From Methanobacteriota archaeon (lineage in GTDB: Archaea; Thermoplasmatota; Poseidoniia; Poseidoniales; Poseidoniaceae): 64,000 bases of DNA. The position numbers and the translations under genes were made by a program. Below the pieces are notes generated by a model. It did no database searches and had not been told where the DNA came from. It saw nothing but the letters and a program-made list of their open reading frames with translations. Shown piece by piece: positions 28,988 through 37,351 of the stretch. The DNA is taken from assembly GCA_002718195.1 (NCBI GenBank), contig PBDU01000011.1, positions 219,927-283,926 on the forward strand. The letters are read 5' to 3'. Position 1 is the stretch's first letter. Every line of letters starts with the position of its first letter.

Positions 28988-29380
28988 AATATGTTCAGCC
29001 AGTGATCTTATCTCTGCCATTTGTACTAACTTGTCATCGATTTTTTGTTGCTCCAATCTAAGCAATATGTCAATGCACTCTGGCAATGACTTTGATAGTG
29101 AATACCTGTATGATGGTCTTCCTCTACCCGTATTCTTGACTTTGGATTTCTCTATGATATTCAAATTCTCTAGATTTTTTACAACCTGACTAATTTCCGG
29201 CTGCCTCAAATCACACCTCTTTTGCATATCAAGTGATGCTGAATCAGGATGATGGAAGAGGCAAACGACAACTTTACCCATGGAGTGGTTGATCCCCAAA
29301 TTTTCTAATTCCATTACTAAAGAATTAGAGCGGTCTCTATCCTCTGAGTTAAGTGTCGAATCAACGCTTACCGCTTCCAT
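28970..29380 (-). CDS. Winged-helix transcriptional regulator (MarR/PadR/TrmB-like)
   Basis: Segment LRQPEISQVVKNLENLNIIEKSKVKNTGRGRPSYRYSLS has the typical recognition-helix / wing (RGRP..Y) architecture. Confidence 0.55.
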   Translation of the reverse strand: MEAVSVDSTLNSEDRDRSNSLVMELENLGINHSMGKVVVCLFHHPDSASLDMQKRCDLRQPEISQVVKNLENLNIIEKSKVKNTGRGRPSYRYSLSKSLPECIDILLRLEQQKIDDKLVQMAEIRSLAEHISGKSE

Positions 29381-29453
29381 TTTTGACTATTGATTTTCAA
29401 TGATATATGAAGTTGATACCGACATAAGTAGTCAGCAACTTTTTATTTCGATT

Positions 29454-29831
29454 TTATGCTTCTATCAGTCTTAAGTGATTTGATTGAACAATCTCCAATA
29501 AAGGGATTTTATTTTTCATTCCTCTTTCCTTTAATCTCTTATCCACGGTGAACAAAATCCCCTCATTTTCTATGGCGAGTTGAAGCAATTGGTCATCAGT
29601 GTGATTTGAATTTGCTTCAAATTCTACTACAGAGACTTTTCTATAGAATAACTGCATCATCAATTTCTTATCTGCAAACTTGATATCTACAATGTCCTCT
29701 AACTCGAATTCTACTTTCTGGCATGTGATCAAAGAGTAGTTACCGAATACTTTGGTTAATTCTATGTCTATGTTAACCGTCGACATCGAGATTGCTTTCC
29801 ATGCACAAGAGTCAACAATTATGTTTCTCAT
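29454..29831 (-). CDS. PIN-domain protein (aIF2-gamma-linked)
   Basis: Acidic residues at PIN positions (IIVDSCA; EFELEDI; TDDQLL; TVDKRL). 125 aa, 16 bp downstream of the aIF2-gamma gene on the same strand. Confidence 0.55.
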   Translation of the reverse strand: MRNIIVDSCAWKAISMSTVNIDIELTKVFGNYSLITCQKVEFELEDIVDIKFADKKLMMQLFYRKVSVVEFEANSNHTDDQLLQLAIENEGILFTVDKRLKERGMKNKIPLLEIVQSNHLRLIEA

Positions 29832-29847
29832 ATAATCACTGCTTAAA

Positions 29848-31086
29848 TCAGTTAATTACACCGTAACCGATTAGTCTCCATCTCGCTCCAAATCGTCTTG
29901 AAATTGAAACTCTCTGACCAGAATCAGCACATATTGGTAACCTTAGGTTCAGTTTTGCATTGTCTTTTGTAGCTTCTACAACAATTCCTACACTCGTAGC
30001 AGTAGATGCATTCAGCATCACCATTTCATTGCCTCTAAGTCTGTGTATCCTTTCACTTTCTCCTGTTTCTTGATTTGTCATGCTGTGCATTAAGTGTACA
30101 TCGATGTCGATGCTTGTCCTTATTTCTGGCAGACCACCCTTCTTAGCAACGATCTGACCGCTGAGATTATCTGCAGTAGTAACTGCAGGGTCAAGTTTTG
30201 TTGCTACTCCACAAAGACCTCCAGAGTGAGCAGTTTCAAGAGAAAGACCTCCTCCTTGAATAGTTGCAATTTCTGCTTCAATAGGCTCCCATCTTTCTTT
30301 ATTGCCTTTCCCAACCTTCTTACCAGGTCCTATTTCTATAATGTCGCCTACGCTGAAAGTCCCTTCAGTAATGCTTCCACCGATTACCCCTCCACGTAAT
30401 TTTCCGGGTCTTGTTCCTGGTCTGTTGATATCAAATGATCTTGCAACATGCATGATTGACCTAGTATGCTTTGTAGAATCCGGAGTAGGAATGGTTTCCT
30501 GAATTGCCTCAATAAGAATGTCCAAGTTTACATCGTGATGGGCACTGACTGGGATAATTGGTGCATTTTCTGCAATGGTTCCCTTGGTAAATTCTTTGAT
30601 TTCATTATAATTTTCTAAGGCTCTTTCTTTGGTGACGATATCAATCTTATTTTGAACGATTACGACATTTTCAATACCAGCAATTTCCAATGCCATGAGA
30701 TGCTCCCTAGTTTGAGGTTGTGGGCATGATTCATTGGCAGCTACCATCAACAGCGCACCGTCCATTATTGAAGCGCCTGTAATCATTATTGCCATCAGGG
30801 TTTCGTGCCCCGGAGCGTCCACAAATGAAACAACTCTTTGGAGTTCAGAATCAACGTCCTTCCCACCATCTGGTCTTTGTCCAAGAGGGTAATACACTCC
30901 TTCCTTTGTTTTGTAAAAAGCAGTATCTGCGTATCCCAATTTTATCGAGATGCCTCTCTTCCTTTCTTCTGAGTGAGTATCTGTCCATACTCCTGAAAGT
31001 GCCTTGGTAAGAGTAGTCTTTCCATGGTCAACATGGCCTACTAGTCCAATGTTTACTTCCGGTTGTGCAGGTAGTTTTCTTGCCAT
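29848..31086 (-). CDS. eif2g: Translation initiation factor 2 subunit gamma (aIF2-gamma)
   Basis: VNIGLVGHVDHGKTTLTKALSG G1 motif characteristic of e/aIF2-gamma. DAPGH G3 motif. NKID G4 motif. 412 aa. Confidence 0.95.
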   Translation of the reverse strand: MARKLPAQPEVNIGLVGHVDHGKTTLTKALSGVWTDTHSEERKRGISIKLGYADTAFYKTKEGVYYPLGQRPDGGKDVDSELQRVVSFVDAPGHETLMAIMITGASIMDGALLMVAANESCPQPQTREHLMALEIAGIENVVIVQNKIDIVTKERALENYNEIKEFTKGTIAENAPIIPVSAHHDVNLDILIEAIQETIPTPDSTKHTRSIMHVARSFDINRPGTRPGKLRGGVIGGSITEGTFSVGDIIEIGPGKKVGKGNKERWEPIEAEIATIQGGGLSLETAHSGGLCGVATKLDPAVTTADNLSGQIVAKKGGLPEIRTSIDIDVHLMHSMTNQETGESERIHRLRGNEMVMLNASTATSVGIVVEATKDNAKLNLRLPICADSGQRVSISRRFGARWRLIGYGVIN

Positions 31087-31122
31087 ACTACCTCACTCCG
31101 TTGCTAAGATATGCCTCTCGGC

Positions 31123-31602
31123 TCACTCCGATGCTTCCTCTTTTGAACCAAGCAAGTCTTCTAGGGACTTGTTTCCTGCTTCAACAACTTTCAAATTAAT
31201 TTGGCGAGTATCTTGAGTAATCATGCTTCCTCTGAATACTCTTCTCTTTCTTAGACCATCAGGATTGTATCTGAATCTCTTTTTGTCTCCGTCCTTTGTT
31301 TTGTAAACTAATTTGTTACCCTTGAATCCAACAGATTTTGTGACTAGAATTGATTGGCGGTTTCCACCCTCCAAATCTCTTCTCATCGGTGTTCCAGTTT
31401 TGTCAGAGCCACCTGTTATCTCTAATTTGTATCCAGACAGAGTGCTCTCTCCAGATCCAACGAAAATTCCATCAACTACGTCGCCAATCTTTTTACCGAG
31501 TAACTGTGAATGGTTGTTACCAGAAATAGTCAAGGAATACGCCTTGCCATTACTTGAAGGATTTGTGTCATTTACAACTGCAATGAATTCACTGTCTGCC
31601 AT
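31123..31602 (-). CDS. rps6e: 30S ribosomal protein S6e
   Basis: MADSEFIAVVNDTNPSSNGKAYSL...GKKIGDVVDG matches the S6e family. 159 aa. Confidence 0.9.
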   Translation of the reverse strand: MADSEFIAVVNDTNPSSNGKAYSLTISGNNHSQLLGKKIGDVVDGIFVGSGESTLSGYKLEITGGSDKTGTPMRRDLEGGNRQSILVTKSVGFKGNKLVYKTKDGDKKRFRYNPDGLRKRRVFRGSMITQDTRQINLKVVEAGNKSLEDLLGSKEEASE

Positions 31603-31676
31603 GTATAATCACCATCTAACAGTGCGCCGACAAGCGACCCGTATTTATGGGCATCGCATCCAATTAGAGATGAATT

Positions 31677-32882
31677 CTACCGCAATTCAGCCTTTATCAA
31701 CATCTCTAGTCTTGTCGCAAGGTCATTCGGAAGGACATTTGGCATACTGATGTATGTTGTCCTTCCCCTTGTATTTTCTATGTTCGATACCTCTCTTGAT
31801 ATTATTCCTGAGATTTCTAAATCGTTAATTATCTTCCAGATGGTAGTTTGCCCTTTTGCTTTAACCATGTACTCTTCACAGACTGCCGCATAAATTCCCT
31901 GAACATCTTTGCTGGTCATGTTTGATTCTTTCCTTAATCTTCTGCAAATTGCTAGAGATACAAGTTTTTGATGCGTCGTTAAATTCTTTACAATATCTTC
32001 TGACATTGATGGGTTGATTTGAGTACTCGCTTGTTGTACATCATCCATCTCTAGATTGGATCTACCTTCTGACTCGGCTTTTAGGACAGCATTATTCAAA
32101 GATTCTATGACTCTTCTAGCATCTCCATATTGCTCGCTTCCTTCAGCTATCAATCTCAATATTTTTTCATCATAACTACCCGGCTTAATGGTTAATTTCG
32201 CACGTTGTTCGACGATTTGGTATAATTGGTTCAAATCGTAAGGACTGAATTTTACCAATGAAGATGTCCCCAGTCTTGATATGACTGCTCCTTCAAGGAG
32301 ATCTAGGACTTGTTCTTGGCTTATCATAATCAATGAAAGCGTACCTGATGTGGCTTGATCTTCATCTATTCTAAGCAGTTGGTATATGACATCATTGCCT
32401 GATTTTCTGAGCAATCTATCCACTTCATCCAATATCACGATGACGTGTGTTGAATCTTTTCTCGCTAATTTTCTAATCGAAGAGAGCAATTCTCCCATTG
32501 CCAGTCCTCTGTCTGGATGTCCTTCGTCGAATACTGAGACTATTTTGTGTAAAACTTGCATTGGAGTAGAATGATTTCTGCAGTTTATGTGGACATACTT
32601 TATTTTCCTACTCGCTTCAAATTTAGTTTGTAAATCTCTGCAGAATCTCTTTGCTACACTAGTTTTACCAGTCCCAACTGGTCCTGAAAGAACTGCTTTA
32701 CCTGAACCGTTTGCGGTTATTACCGGAGAGAACTTCAAAGCCATCTCCCTTAGAATTTCATCCCTTCCTACCAGTTGCTCCGGAACATAGTCGAAACTGA
32801 ACGGTTCTGAATCCAAGATGATTAGTCCTGCACCGATTACGTCTAGGTAGTCGAATGTCATACAGAATGCTCTCGGTGTCAA
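31677..32882 (-). CDS. cdc6: Orc1/Cdc6 replication initiator
   Basis: Walker A GPVGTGKTS, Walker B VIVILDEVD. C-terminal winged helix. ~400 aa. Confidence 0.95.
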   Translation of the reverse strand: MTPRAFCMTFDYLDVIGAGLIILDSEPFSFDYVPEQLVGRDEILREMALKFSPVITANGSGKAVLSGPVGTGKTSVAKRFCRDLQTKFEASRKIKYVHINCRNHSTPMQVLHKIVSVFDEGHPDRGLAMGELLSSIRKLARKDSTHVIVILDEVDRLLRKSGNDVIYQLLRIDEDQATSGTLSLIMISQEQVLDLLEGAVISRLGTSSLVKFSPYDLNQLYQIVEQRAKLTIKPGSYDEKILRLIAEGSEQYGDARRVIESLNNAVLKAESEGRSNLEMDDVQQASTQINPSMSEDIVKNLTTHQKLVSLAICRRLRKESNMTSKDVQGIYAAVCEEYMVKAKGQTTIWKIINDLEISGIISREVSNIENTRGRTTYISMPNVLPNDLATRLEMLIKAELR

Positions 32883-32940
32883 CCGTTATTGAAGATACGC
32901 ATTATATTCTGAAAATAAACCATTTTTATGGTTAATTTTT

Positions 32941-34059
32941 TCAGGGAATCTCATCGAACTGGTATCCAGTTTCCCATTTCTTTTCACCGAGTGCAACTTC
33001 TAATTCAAACGGAGTAATCATTGGTTTTGAATATCTAACTGCATCATCAATTGCAATTCTAGGGCATGCAGTATTTACAAATGCATCCACTGGATAGAAA
33101 TCAATTAAATCAGGACCAACGTGTTCCAATGCTAGAAGATAACCGGTTTTTCCATGCTTCTCGAGCAGTCTCTTCATCCTTAATGCAAGTGTTCTACGCA
33201 TTTGACCGGGTTTTTCTCCGATTAAAATTCCAAACCTAGTTGCTTCTTGACTTGAAACGATTAGCCCAAATCTTTGTCTGAGTATTCTTTCTATTCTTTG
33301 CAGTGACATCTCAGAGGCATCCCCTGTGTATGGATCGAGCATAGAGAGAGGTTTGCCGGTGTGTAGGACTAATCCTATTGGATGAAAATCCCCAGAACCG
33401 AGGAAAAGATAATGACCGATTGAGTCGTCATCTCCGGAGTAGTTACAACCCAGTACTTGTCCTGGGAATGTTAGTCTTGCTCCGCCAAGGGGTACGGTGA
33501 CCTCGAACCCAGCCTTTTCTAAGCGGTCCTGAAATTCTGGCAACTTGTGTAAATGTTGAATTGATGCAACTAATCCGAGTTTAGTATCTGTTAGGGGCGC
33601 GCTTCTTCCAACCGCATCAAGAAATACTTCTTGCGCTTCCTCTTCACTCATATTCTGATTAGCAGAGGAGTTTAATCTTGACCTAGCCATCTCTCTGTGA
33701 GATTGTAGATATGGTAGCACCGGCTCCAATTCAGGGTCTCCATCATATGTTACATCAATAAACTGAGTAGGCATTCCAGAGTCAATATTCATCTGGGAAT
33801 GCCCCATGTGAGCAACTAATTCAACACCCATCATTTTCATTTTATCGTGTACTAAATCACAGGCACCGTAACATGGATCAGCTGCTAAAACTACCTTAGC
33901 GCTGGTTTCAGACTCAATTTGATCCATCATTTCTAGTGCTTGCATCTTTAGTCCTTCAGGAACTTGAAGAGCAATTAGGCGGTTGTCATTTTCTTGGATC
34001 CTCTTGACAAGGTCGTCTAATTGGAAGTCGTGACGGTCTAAGTCCATAGGTATCCCCAA
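32941..34059 (-). CDS. dph2: Diphthamide biosynthesis enzyme Dph2 (2-(3-amino-3-carboxypropyl)histidine synthase)
   Basis: Dph1/Dph2 family architecture (LQVPEGLK...DPCYGACD) with spaced Cys residues for the Fe-S cluster. 372 aa. Confidence 0.8.
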   Translation of the reverse strand: MGIPMDLDRHDFQLDDLVKRIQENDNRLIALQVPEGLKMQALEMMDQIESETSAKVVLAADPCYGACDLVHDKMKMMGVELVAHMGHSQMNIDSGMPTQFIDVTYDGDPELEPVLPYLQSHREMARSRLNSSANQNMSEEEAQEVFLDAVGRSAPLTDTKLGLVASIQHLHKLPEFQDRLEKAGFEVTVPLGGARLTFPGQVLGCNYSGDDDSIGHYLFLGSGDFHPIGLVLHTGKPLSMLDPYTGDASEMSLQRIERILRQRFGLIVSSQEATRFGILIGEKPGQMRRTLALRMKRLLEKHGKTGYLLALEHVGPDLIDFYPVDAFVNTACPRIAIDDAVRYSKPMITPFELEVALGEKKWETGYQFDEIP

Positions 34060-34114
34060 GCAATCCGGAAGGTCATCTATTCAAGAATTAGTAGGTTGAA
34101 AGAGTGAACATTAG

Positions 34115-34684
34115 TCACAGAAGGATTATGTTGTCTCCATCCATCTCCAGCTTGATGATTGATTCTATTTTAATGTCAGGATAATCATTTTGTAAATTTT
34201 TCATCCCCTCTCCTTTTTCGACAAGAGTAATCATGTGAGACGTAGTAGCGCCTGCTCTGATGACTCCATCAAAAACAGCACGCATGGTGCCTCCTGTGGA
34301 AAGGACATCGTCCACGATTAAAACTCTCTCGTTTGGCGATATGTCGTTGAGAAATAATTCCCCTTTTGAATATCCTGTTTCCTGTGAAATCTTTACTTCT
34401 GAGTCCATTCCATAGGAGCGCTTTCTGCATACAACAAGGGGTTTTTCAGCTTTGAGTGCCAACGGCGAGCATATTGGAAGCCCCATCGCTTCAATTCCAA
34501 GAATGATATCGATATTTTTCCAATTTACCATTTCGTAGACTACATCGATGACAGATTTCAGAACTTTTGATTCAATTCTTGGAACTCCATCTGTTAATGG
34601 ATGTATGAAATACGGGTAATCTCCTTTCCAAAGGATGGGGGAATTTTGAAGAGATTGTTTAATGACATCCATGCTCTCATTCAT
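34115..34684 (-). CDS. Type I phosphoribosyltransferase (purine/adenine PRTase-like)
   Basis: PRPP-binding motif VLIVDDVLSTGGT. 189 aa. Confidence 0.75.
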   Translation of the reverse strand: MNESMDVIKQSLQNSPILWKGDYPYFIHPLTDGVPRIESKVLKSVIDVVYEMVNWKNIDIILGIEAMGLPICSPLALKAEKPLVVCRKRSYGMDSEVKISQETGYSKGELFLNDISPNERVLIVDDVLSTGGTMRAVFDGVIRAGATTSHMITLVEKGEGMKNLQNDYPDIKIESIIKLEMDGDNIILL

Positions 34685-34720
34685 AATTAATCCCCCTGGG
34701 CGAATTGCGGAATGATGTTA

Positions 34721-35131
34721 TCAGAGCTCAGCAATGTACTCTACGTACTCATCAGGATCGAGAAGTTGGTCCTCATCGTAGTTGTGAGGCTCCAAGATAA
34801 CAACCCAGCCCAAATCATAGGTCGAATCATTAATCAGTTCAGGATTCTGTTCTACTTCTCCGTTAACTTCTGTGATTATCCCATCAAAAGGAGATGGGAT
34901 AGGGAACTTTCCATCTGCAGTCCAGATTGAAAACAATGCTCCGTCGATATCAACTTCTGAATCTTGCTGAGGCAGAATAACTCTGAGGGCATCGCCAGCC
35001 TCAATGAGAAAGTACTCGCTGATACCTATCATCAACTTTTCATCTTTCTCTTGAAACCAAACGTGGTCCGATGAATATCTTCTGTTGTGTGCTACGTTAA
35101 ACTCCAAAATTTCTTCTTCTGGTGAATCCAT
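34721..35131 (-). CDS. Glycine cleavage system H-like (lipoyl-domain) protein
   Basis: Pattern EAGDAL...(18 aa)...FDGIITEVN resembles the GcvH lipoyl domain. The canonical E-S-V-K-A lipoyl-lysine motif is not cleanly present (TADGK). Confidence 0.55.
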   Translation of the reverse strand: MDSPEEEILEFNVAHNRRYSSDHVWFQEKDEKLMIGISEYFLIEAGDALRVILPQQDSEVDIDGALFSIWTADGKFPIPSPFDGIITEVNGEVEQNPELINDSTYDLGWVVILEPHNYDEDQLLDPDEYVEYIAEL

Positions 35132-35250
35132 TCCAAGTCTCTCCTTGGATTCGGCGAGAATCCCTTATATATCAACTTCATCATTTGACGAACTTGGAGT
35201 CAATGGAGTGACAACAATGGATTATTAACAGCCTCCTGCTGGGTTGTTTC

Positions 35251-36420
35251 ATGCAGTTCGCAGAGGCAGAAGAACACACCATGATTCGTGAGATGGTCCG
35301 TGAGTTCGCAGAGACAGTTTTAACCCCAACAATTGAACACAGGGACGCAAATCAGATACCTCCTAGCGAGGAATGGCAAGCATTTCTCGAACTAGGACTG
35401 CAAGGTATCACAATTCCAGAAGAATACGGCGGAGCTCCAATCGATGATATTACAGAATCAATTGTTGTTGAGGAACTTGCTAGAGTTGACCCATCCTTTG
35501 CAGTTATGTATTGTGTTCATGTTGGACTTTGCGCTAAGACTATCGCTTTGCATGGAAATGAGGAGCAGAAGCAAAAGTATCTGTCGCGCCTAGCAGCCGG
35601 AGAAGTAGGCGCATACTCGCTTTCCGAGGCTGGAGCGGGAACCGATGCTGCAGCAATGGTCTGTAAGGCAAAATTGAATGATGAAGGAACTCATTACATC
35701 CTGAATGGCGAGAAGATGTGGGTCACAAATGGTGCTCAAGCAGGCATTTACGTACTATTTGCTAAGGATGTTGACCACCCTGATTACGGAGTAAAGAAGC
35801 ACGGAGGAACCACTGCATTCATCGTCGAACAAGGATTTGAAGGATTTACAGTTGGTAAGAAAGAAGACAAACTTGGTATCAGATCTTCTGACACATGTAC
35901 TCTGATTTTGGAAAACTGTAAGGTTCCAGCAGAAAATGTCCTGAAGGGAAGCGGTAAAGGATTCCCAATAGGGATGAATGCTCTTGACAACTCTAGAATC
36001 GGAATTGCAGCACAAGCACTCGGTATAGCTCAAGGTGCCTACGAGGCAGCACTCAAGTATAGCCAGGAAAGGGAAACATTCGGTGTTCCTATTGGTCGCC
36101 ATCAATTAATCACAGGTTATCTTGCTGATATGGCTACAAGAATAGAGGCTGCAAGACTTCTTGTTTACAAAGCATCTTGGGCCAAAGAAGAGCACTACGA
36201 GAATGGAGGCACAAGACACACAAAGGAAGCGAGCATGGCCAAGTTGTTTGCTGGAGATACTGCGATGTGGGTTTCAGAAAGAGCAGTTCAAATTCTTGGT
36301 GGCTATGGGTTCACAAAAGAATTCCCAGTGGAGAGATTCTTCAGAGATGCTAAGATTACTCAAATATATGAGGGGACCCAAGAAGTTCAGAAGTTGGTTA
36401 TTGCTAGAGCATTAAAGTAA
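35251..36420 (+). CDS. Acyl-CoA dehydrogenase (short/medium-chain type)
   Basis: Full ACAD architecture (N-terminal helical, middle beta, C-terminal helical). C-terminal catalytic Glu region (YEGTQEVQKLVIAR). 389 aa. Confidence 0.9.
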   Translation: MQFAEAEEHTMIREMVREFAETVLTPTIEHRDANQIPPSEEWQAFLELGLQGITIPEEYGGAPIDDITESIVVEELARVDPSFAVMYCVHVGLCAKTIALHGNEEQKQKYLSRLAAGEVGAYSLSEAGAGTDAAAMVCKAKLNDEGTHYILNGEKMWVTNGAQAGIYVLFAKDVDHPDYGVKKHGGTTAFIVEQGFEGFTVGKKEDKLGIRSSDTCTLILENCKVPAENVLKGSGKGFPIGMNALDNSRIGIAAQALGIAQGAYEAALKYSQERETFGVPIGRHQLITGYLADMATRIEAARLLVYKASWAKEEHYENGGTRHTKEASMAKLFAGDTAMWVSERAVQILGGYGFTKEFPVERFFRDAKITQIYEGTQEVQKLVIARALK

Positions 36421-37305
36421 CTCATAGCACTTGAAAACCGGCATTTGTAATGCCTTATTCCAATCACAGATTTCACCCTTGAATGAAAACCACTGACCAA
36501 CTGATGGTATTTGCTCTAATTCATGGGGCATCTGAATTTCAATTTCTCTTTCAATCTGGTCAAAGGAGCATGATAGTGTCATTCCACCTTTGTATTCAGG
36601 TTCTGCAAGTAGTGTTCTCTTTACTGAGTTCACGTGACAGTTAAGGGTAAATTCTTCATTTGCACTACCAACGATATGGTCTATTTCTTTGTTCAATTTA
36701 GCAATACCAAAAGCATCCAAAACAGATTCTAATCTTGCGGAGTCAAATGATATAAGTTCTCTTTCTACCGAAGGAGAAACAACAACTTCACGATCGATAT
36801 CAAAGTCTCGCTCATCAAACCTATCTTCAATCACTTCAACTGATTCTTGCTTTGCTTGTTGCAACTTATCCTCTATCGATTCAACTTTTACAACTTCTTC
36901 TGGCTGTTCAATGGGTTCCTCGATTTCTGCTTGCTCTTCTGTATCCCCAGTCCCCTCAGTTTCATCGGGTTTGATAATTTCTTCTGCCTTGTCTATTTTC
37001 TCTTCCACGGAAGCAACTTCTTCAGTGATGTCCAACCCATATGATGCTAAGAATGCAAGAAACTCATTTTTGCTTACGGACCCGGATCTATCCGATGATC
37101 CAGCTCTTTTCTTGATGGATTTTACTACTGCTCTGGATACCCAATCAGGAGGGGACGTACCCACTGCTCTTGTGAGCGCAGCATCTAGTTGCTGCGCATT
37201 GAATGAGCCATTCCTTGCAACATCAAGTTGCTCAAAGGCTTGGTTTGCAGTCATGTCAGAATTTTTAATCCAATTTACGAAGTTATTGACGACTGCTGCT
37301 TCCAC
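36412..37305 (-). CDS. Acidic hypothetical protein with N-terminal EF-hand-like loop
   Basis: DVARNGSFNAQQLD resembles a degenerate EF-hand loop. Long E/D-rich region. The overlapping Ser-rich plus-strand ORF 36689-37411 is its antisense shadow. Confidence 0.5.
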   Translation of the reverse strand: MEAAVVNNFVNWIKNSDMTANQAFEQLDVARNGSFNAQQLDAALTRAVGTSPPDWVSRAVVKSIKKRAGSSDRSGSVSKNEFLAFLASYGLDITEEVASVEEKIDKAEEIIKPDETEGTGDTEEQAEIEEPIEQPEEVVKVESIEDKLQQAKQESVEVIEDRFDERDFDIDREVVVSPSVERELISFDSARLESVLDAFGIAKLNKEIDHIVGSANEEFTLNCHVNSVKRTLLAEPEYKGGMTLSCSFDQIEREIEIQMPHELEQIPSVGQWFSFKGEICDWNKALQMPVFKCYELL

Positions 37306-37351
37306 GGTTATCGCTCTAACGCAGAGTCGGGGTTGTATTAACCTTATTCCG

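Noticed and set aside
28970-29831. HTH regulator plus PIN protein as a toxin-antitoxin pair
   Set aside because: Gene order (PIN first), the 73-bp gap, the 136-aa size of the HTH protein, and the conserved association of PIN proteins with aIF2-gamma argue against a VapBC module.
32883-32940. Possible replication origin upstream of orc1/cdc6
   Set aside because: Only 58 bp, with no ORB-like repeats. Just a short hairpin plus T-run that is more plausibly the dph2 terminator. Not called as an origin.
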